Below, piece by piece: positions 55,890-64,000 of a stretch of 64,000 bases of DNA. A model generated the notes under the pieces. That model saw nothing but the letters and a program-made list of their open reading frames with translations. It was not told the DNA's origin and did not search any database. The DNA comes from Octopus sinensis. Lineage: Eukaryota. Every line of letters begins with the position of its first letter. The stretch's first letter is position 1. The stretch covers positions 25,668,001 to 25,732,000 of the forward strand of contig NC_043002.1 in the NCBI RefSeq assembly GCF_006345805.1, in the 5' to 3' direction. Both the position numbers and the translations under genes were made by a program.

Positions 55890-56230
55890 CATATATATAT
55901 ATATGTACGTGTGTGTGTCCCCTTTAAGTTCTTTTACAAAAATGCTTTTGAGTGAGCATGTAAAAGCTCCTATTTAATTATGTCGGTTCCAGGCTAATGA
56001 CTCCAAGCAGCAACACCAGTTTTATGGGATCGTATCGGGCTGTATCGGCATAACACAGGATAATAACAATAATTCCATAGATGGAATTTATTAATATCTT
56101 AATGCATCACTACGCGCATTTCCACAAATCACGTGTTTTTTGTGACCAAAGTACGCATCCCTGGAATGATAATAATACAATCTGTAATATCTGTCCATTG
56201 ACATCAAGATATGCCATAACATCTGAAGAA

Positions 56231-56301
<71 letters not shown>

Positions 56302-56361
56302 CTCACTCTCTCTCTCTCTCTCTCTCCTCTCTCTCTATATATATATATATATATATCTATA

Positions 56362-56434
<73 letters not shown>

Positions 56435-56872
56435 ATATATATATAATATATAATATTATATATATATATATATTATTTATATATATATTATATATATATG
56501 CATACATACACATACACACACATATATATACATATATATCTAATATATAAAATCCGTTCTGTCTGTCTGTTTGTTCATTCGATCGCGCTGAAATTTTAAA
56601 TATGGATACATGAGAGAGCGGGGCGTTCCGTAATCTAAAAAGATTTTCAAAATTGTTAGTTTCAAAGTGAGAATCGCTATTTAAAATTTCTTTTGTCCTG
56701 TTTGTTCCGCCATTAAAAGCAACGTGTTTGCTCAGACAGCCGGCACATACCATTTCGTTAGCAACAAGGGGAGTACAGGATGACAGTCAGCCAAAACCGT
56801 CGCTATGCTGTCTCTCTTCTTTCCTTTCTCTGTGTCTCTTATGATGTCCGATTCCATTTGAAGTTGTGTATA

Positions 56873-58151
56873 CAGAGACAGGCAGGAAGTAAATAGACAC
56901 CTTTAATTTTCAAAATCTTTTATTTAATACGCAAAGCGAACGCTTGAAATGTAATCGATAGGTATAACTACATACTTAAGTATTTAGTTGACATTCCCTT
57001 TGCCGTTTTTAATTCAGAAACTCTTTTTGGCATTGAACTGATGAGCTTTGTGATTGTCTCTTGTGGAATTTCTGCCCACTTTTCACGCAACAGTCGAAAT
57101 AATTCATCTTTAGATTTAGGTTTCTGTCGAGTTTTTCGTATAGCTCTCTCTAGTATGCTCCAAAGATTTTCAATTGGGTTCATGTCAGGAGTTTGGCTCG
57201 GCCATGGAAGCTTTTTGATTCCATTTTCAGCCAGCCATTGTTGATTCCGTTTCGCTGTGTGGCATGGAGCCCCATCTTCCATGAATAAAAACTCAGTTTT
57301 CGTTACATTATCGTGTGAATATATCGAAAGTAGTCCTTGCTTAAGTATTTCGATGTATTTTTCAGAGCTTATGGTTCCAACACATTCGATCAACTCAGAA
57401 CGACCATTGCTGGTGACAGCTCCCTATACCATTACAGAGATACCGCCATATTTCACAGTTGGTTGGAGTCATTTCCAATCAAATTCTTGATTAGGAAGCC
57501 TCCAGATCCAAACACGTTTACTGTCCGAAAACAATGTAAATCTAGATTCATCTGAGAAAATCACTCTATCCCAAAATAAACTGGGTTTTTCTGACATATA
57601 CTTAGCCCATTTCTTTTTTTTTTCATGATATTAATTGGTTGAAAGAGAAGTTTTCTTCTAGCTGCTCGTCTATAATACTCAAGCTTATGCAGATATGTAA
57701 TACACGTTCTTGGACTAACTTCTAGCTGTTTTGAAATGTCAGAAGCCTTCGAACGGGGTTCGTTTTCCATAATACTCTTCAAACAGCGAAGCTTGCTTTC
57801 CGAGGGCTTAGGCCGGCCGGGACGAGAATCTGTTGATTCTTTTCCTTGGCTTTTGAATTACAATATAATTCTATTAACAGTAGCCAGAAGAATTTGAAGA
57901 TTTTCGGCAATTTTTCGCTGGTTAAGACCAGCCTCGGATTGCCCAACAATACAACCTCTTTGAAAATCTGACAGTTCTGCTGAATTTTTTGTGCGTGGCA
58001 TGGTTACTCTTCGCAAATGTTTAATATAATGGCACCTGGAATCAAAAAGAATAATTATATTGTAAATTCTACACCACTGAAAACATATTAAGATGCTTAG
58101 ATCAGAAAGTTTTAAAATTTAAGGTGCCTATTTACTTCCTGCATGTCTGTG
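56873..58151 (-). mobile_element. Tc1-family (DD34E) transposon, full length, inactivated
   Basis: ~40-bp TIRs CA(G/C)AGACA(G/T)GCAGGAAGTAAATAG..., TA TSD at 56871-72 and 58152-53. FSDESRF ... EDGAPCH-(34 aa)-NPIENLW; frameshifts split the ORF. Confidence 0.92.
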
Positions 58152-58779
58152 TATATTGTGTTAAGATTCGTTATCAGTCAATTATCCTTGAAAACAAACA
58201 GTCAAAAGTAACCACCACATACAATCACCAAACATCACCATTACTTAACACCGTCCAAGTTTGGAGTTGATAATCTTAATCTTTAGTTACAGTTTTTCAT
58301 TCAAACTACATAATAGGCAGAATTGTCGGATTAAGATAGTAGGGTGTTTTGAGGGAAATTTGGCTGCTATTTCTACCAGGTCTAGCTACCATGTAGAGGT
58401 ATCCTTCATTGGCTCATACATACATATATGCATACATATATACATAAAATCGAAATAAAATATTTAATGCAAAAGCCGTCAAATAAAAAAGCCAAGGTCC
58501 GTGCAGTGTCATGGGCCAAATAAATTTCCAACTTCTTGCCTAATGCGAGCCCAGAGCAATCTCTTATCTCTTACACTATTTCAGTATTACTTCTCTATTG
58601 TAATGTGAGATAATACTTTCAGTTTGAAAGAAGTATGTCCTGTATATATATGATTGATTGATTGATTGATTCTAGTTTCAGCTCATGAGCTGTGGCCATG
58701 CTGGATATATATATATATATTTTTTTTTTTGTACTTGTTTCAGTCATTTGACTGCGGCCATGCTGGAGCACCGCCTTTT

Positions 58780-59260
<481 letters not shown>

Positions 59261-60349
59261 CCTTATGCATTCCAAAACCGAGTTACAGATTTTGACGTAA
59301 GGGGTATCAAAGATTCAGTACTATTTCGGCTTCAATTAATCTTAATTTCCATTCACATATTTGCATTTCAAAAATTTAACATTATACTCTTTTCCATAAA
59401 TTAACTATCGTAAACATTTTGTACGATGATGTCACATTTTCTATATGTGTGTGTACCTTAAAAGACATCAATCATCACGACACACACCTTCACTCACTCG
59501 CTCTATCTCTCTTTTTCACTATCTTTTTCTCTCTCACACACACGCGCACGCAAGTGGTAGCTTGGACAAGTGTCTTCTATTAGACCCGGTCCGACCAATA
59601 CCCTGTGACATAATTTGGTAGGTAGAAACTGTATGGAAACTCTTTCGCATTTGCGCGCGCGCGCGCGTGTGTGTGGTTGTATATATATCTACACTGGTTG
59701 ACAACCAGTGTCGGTTTGTTTACGTCATTTATCATTTCTGCAAATAGTCGATAGAATAAGTATCAAACTTAAGTAATCTGGTCGATTTGATCGAAGAAAC
59801 TATTCAAGACGTTGCCCCCAGCATGGCGGCAGTAGATTTCAGCTTTTCAGCATACTAGTCACTGGCTTACTGAATTTATGGCAGCGAAAGTGACAAGGAA
59901 ATGTAAGTAACTCGGTGTAGAACAAATATCACAAAGCATTTGGATCAAATAACACCTGAGTTTTTTAGATTTGCCACCGTTGCTAATACCCCCCCCACAC
60001 GTACATGCACACACTCATAACACACTCATGACACACACACACACACACACTCATAACTCATAACACATTTATAACACACTTATAACACACATACACACAC
60101 ACACACGACAGTCTTCCACTGGGTCTGCTTGATTTCACTCATATGACATTAGTCAACACCAGAATCTGGATAAAGGTACATGTTCAGGGTGTTGCGCATT
60201 GAAATCGAGCTCGGGTCCACTTGGTTGCAAAGCGCTCTTGGCCGCACAACTGTAGACACAGGCCTATAACACATCCACATTAGTAGAGAAGGTGGAATGG
60301 CGTGACGAATTATCAGCTTGCCCCTTAACATATATTAGATTTCTATGAA

Positions 60350-61370
60350 TATTAGTTTCAAATTTGGGCATAAGGCATAACGTAAGTCGATTACATCGAA
60401 CCCAGGGCCCAACTAGTATTTTATCGACTCCAAAACGATGAAAGGCGAAGTCGACCTCGGCGGAATTTGAACTCAAGACGCAAAGGCGGACGAAACGCCG
60501 CTATGCATTTTTATACGACGTGCTAACGATACTGCCAGCTCGTCGCCTTGTTTTCTGTTAATATTGGTCTCAAATACCGCCTAGATCGACTTTGCCTTTC
60601 ATCCTTTCGAGATCGATAAATTAAATACCAGTTGCGTACTGGAGTCGATCTAATCGACTGGTCCCCTCCTCCCAAATTTAATGCTTTGTGCCTAGAGTAG
60701 AAACGAATATCTATCTAAGGCGTCGAGCTGGCAGAAACGTTAGCACGCCGGGCGAAATGCTTAGCGGCATTTCGTCTGTCTTTACGTCCTGAGTTCAAAT
60801 TCCGCTGAGGTCGACTTTGCCTTACATCCTTTCGGGGTCGTTAAATTAAGTACCAGTTACGCACTGGGGTCGATGTAATTGACTTAATCCCTTTGTCTGT
60901 CCTTGTTTGTCACCTCTATGTTTAGCCCCTTGTGGGCAATAAAGAAATAAGAAACGTTAACACGCGGGCAAAATGCTTAGCGGTATTTCGCCCGTCGCTA
61001 CATTCTGAGTTCAAATTCCACCGAGGTCGACTTTGCCTTTCATCCTTTCGGGATCGATAAAATAAGTACCAGTTATGTACTAGAGTCGATCTAATCGACT
61101 GGCCCCCTCCACCAAAATTACGGGCCTTGTGTCTAGCGTAGAAATCTATATTGGTTTCAAATTTTGGCACAAGGCCAGCAATTTCGGGAGAGGATGTAAG
61201 TCGATTTCATCGATCTAAATGCTTAACTGGTATTTATTTTATAGACACCGAAAGTATGAAAGACAAAGTCGACCTCGTCGAAATTTGTTTTCAGGACGTA
61301 AAGACAGACAAAATGCCGATAAGTATTTTGCCGGGCACGGTAATGATTCTGCCGGCTCACCGCCTTATTT
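60350..61370. mobile_element. Five S1 SINE copies in -,+,+,+,- orientation
   Basis: 60350-60550 (-), 60570-60705 (+, partial), 60720-60950 (+, tail b), 60951-61145 (+, tail a), 61150-61370 (-). Confidence 0.85.
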
Positions 61371-61548
61371 TTCTGCAAAGTTGTTTATAAGGTATAAGGG
61401 ATAACTCTGCTCGGATTAGAAGAGTAAGCGAAGTAAAAGGGTTTGGTATAGAAACAAGGCTGGAGTTTGAAATTATGCTCTGGTCCCCACAGTGTGGTTT
61501 CAAGTTGACTCTTTGGTCTACGGCGCTTTTGAAAAAAATTCATGTATG

Positions 61549-61579
<31 letters not shown>

Positions 61580-63371
61580 GTGTGTGTGTATGTATGTATG
61601 TATGTATGTATGTATGTATGTATGTATGTGTGTGTGTATGTGTGTATGTATGTGTGTGTATGTATGTATGTATGTATGTATATATGTATGTATATGTGTA
61701 TGTATGTATATATACATATATTTGCACACGCGCACACATATGTAGACACACAGACCAACAGACATTTAAAGAAATGCTTTGAAAATTTCTCATGGGCAAA
61801 CGTAAAATATTTACACAGACACCCACAGACATACATTGATGCTACATACATACGTATGTATGTATGCATCAATGTACAACATACATACATACATACATAC
61901 ATACATCAACATACATACATACATACATACATACATACATACATACATACTGCAAATACGTTAAAACGTCTCATAATATGACACTAATTATATTCCGCAG
62001 TTGTTTTGTGTAGCTCCTGATCAAGCGCAATCAAGTCAGCTATGATCAAAGACATTCCATCCGTGGCCATCTCCCCACTTTAGTAATATCTAGCACCACA
62101 TTATCTAAATTAGTACCCTTTCTTTTAAGACTGTTAATTGTCAAAGTTGTTCAAGCTTCGGAACAAATGCTTTACGTATTTATTCTGGCTCCTTGCTATC
62201 TGATTTCAAATCACGTCTACGCCGACTTCGTTTCTGGGTCGATAAAATAAAGTGCCAGTCTAGGGCGGAGGGTTAGTAGAATTGTTGGAGAGTGGGTGAA
62301 ATGTCTTGTAGTATCTCTTCCGCTGGTTTGCGATCTGAGTTCAAATCCTACCTCCGTCTATTTAAGAGGTAGACTTACTCAGTCACCCTTTTTAAAACCA
62401 CTACCTGGCCTTTGTGTACCTTAAATGAAAGTAGCAAGCATTTGAGCTAAGCTTCTAGTTTGAGAATACCTTCATCTCCCCCCTCTCTCTCTATCTCATC
62501 AATCTCAGAAGTCTTTGGATGGGTCACTGAGGCTCCCATTTCTCCTGATTAAACAATAACAAAAGCGATGCGATTCGAGGAAGATTGGTCGCTGTTTCTA
62601 GACGGTCGAGTGAGGTGTCTTCAAATAGTCAAAGAATGTCTACAGAGGCAAGTCTGACTTGGTACATTACATTACTTGGCACTGACACATTCTTAGTGCA
62701 CATTCCAGTCTAATTTGCTAAATGGTTTGAATAACACACCTCTGTAACGTGCTTCTCATTGGCTACAACAATCAATAAGTTTTTTCTTTGTTATTTTATT
62801 AATATTTGTTTTCTACCCCCACACCCCTGTGTGGGTTATTTGCTGGTACCAAAATGTCAACTATAGCGCCTTCAAGTGATCAAATATGTTATGACACTCA
62901 GTCATGGATGTATATACGTCTATATGTATGCATGTATGTATGTATTCATGTATGTTTACATGTATGTAAATATGTGTTTGTATGCATATAGGTATGTGTA
63001 TATGTATGAGTGTATGAGTGTATGTATGTATTATGTATGTATTTTGTATGTATGTATGTATGTATGTATGTATGTATGTATGTATGTATGTATGTATGTA
63101 TGTAGTATGTATGCGTGCGTGTGCATATGTGCGATGTATGCTTATGTGCATATGTATGTTGTATGTATATGTATGTTTTTAAATATGTTTCTGTATGTAT
63201 GTGCATACATACACATATTAGCTTTTACTCCTGCTCCCCCCTCCCTGTATATATATATATATATACCCCACACACACACACTCACACATACACGCTCACA
63301 CTCACGCACACACATACATATATGAATGAATAAATATATGCATGTATGTAAATATGTGTATATATATATTT

Positions 63372-63405
<34 letters not shown>

Positions 63406-64000
63406 ATATATATAATATATATATATATAATATATATATACATATTTATATCAATAAGAAACAACGAAAGAAAAAACAATTCCTTCAAAGAGATGTAGAT
63501 ATACGTCCACATATATGCATGTATGTATTTCATTTAGTATATATATATATATATGTATGTATATATATTTACTTGAAAATGGATGTGTTGCGTTCAATTA
63601 AATAAAAAAGAACAACGATATATAAATATATATATATGGGTACAGGACGTCACCAGCGGTGCAAATAACATGAAATACGTAAACAACGAGAAAAATGGAA
63701 AAACAGAACAAGTAAGCACAAAGAAAGGATCCTTCATCACTTGTCGGGCGTCTATCTACTCCTCATTTCGAGCATTCAGCGACAATATGTGTTTCCAAAG
63801 ACAGTTGCTCCCATAAATTCTAAAATAAAATTTAGGATTTATGGTGGGTCAAAAGTTGGGAACAAAAAAAATGACTGTGGAGACATACAAGGAAACCGAA
63901 TGAAAACAAACATGGAGGAACGCTGGGAGAAACATTTTTTTGACAAGAGAAAAGGTAGAAGAGAGGCAAATTTCTACTCTTTTCTTCTTCCATCCTTCTT

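Noticed and set aside
56538-56700. Helitron-like 5' end (TCTAATATATAA...ctgtctgtctgt); CTAG-rich end at 41330-41370
   Set aside because: No matching 3' hairpin/CTRR terminus could be paired with either.
59849-59905. Short AG...GTAAGT-bounded candidate exon for gene B
   Set aside because: In phase 1 it hits TAG immediately and has no cysteine pattern.
62640-62780. Minus-strand LQRCVI resembling gene A exon 2
   Set aside because: Surrounded by stops with no other CBM14 residues; chance similarity.
63720-63830. Hammerhead-like pieces on the minus strand (GAAACACATATTGTC; GTGATGA)
   Set aside because: Core and stems cannot be assembled in a valid order without many substitutions.

Overview
Eukaryotic, AT-rich, microsatellite- and transposon-saturated DNA. 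It is very probably an octopus or other coleoid cephalopod; this is inferred from recalled SINE families and the repeat landscape, not from a database search. The only host genes I can support are two paralogous, divergently transcribed genes about 44 kb apart, encoding secreted chitin-binding (peritrophin-A/CBM14) proteins. Gene A is on the minus strand (exons 11251-10969 and 3107-2931, phase-1 splice sites). Gene B is on the plus strand (exon from 55146). Each has a candidate TATA box. The rest is mobile DNA. (i) At least five R4/Dong-clade non-LTR retrotransposon families (my labels A-E) and a ~550-bp non-coding retroposon (X) are stacked in strand-locked trains inside (TAA)n microsatellites, including one ~4.07-kb near-complete copy. 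(ii) A Penelope-like (GIY-YIG) element has an inverted 5' piece, a CCAAT/CRE/TATA repeat block and a terminal hammerhead-like motif. (iii) Tc1, mariner, MITE, Tx1/L1, RTE and CR1/L2 relics and several tRNA-derived SINE families are also present. The most unexpected signal is a set of about eight type-I hammerhead-ribozyme motifs, mostly in short islands between dinucleotide repeats. Several sit at the tip of long hairpins, the best being a ~320-nt rod at 50544-50867, and one is cleanly split by a SINE with a 16-bp target-site duplication. Almost all ORF-track entries are microsatellite translations or TE fragments. Repeat boundaries are accurate to about +/-10-20 bp unless stated otherwise.
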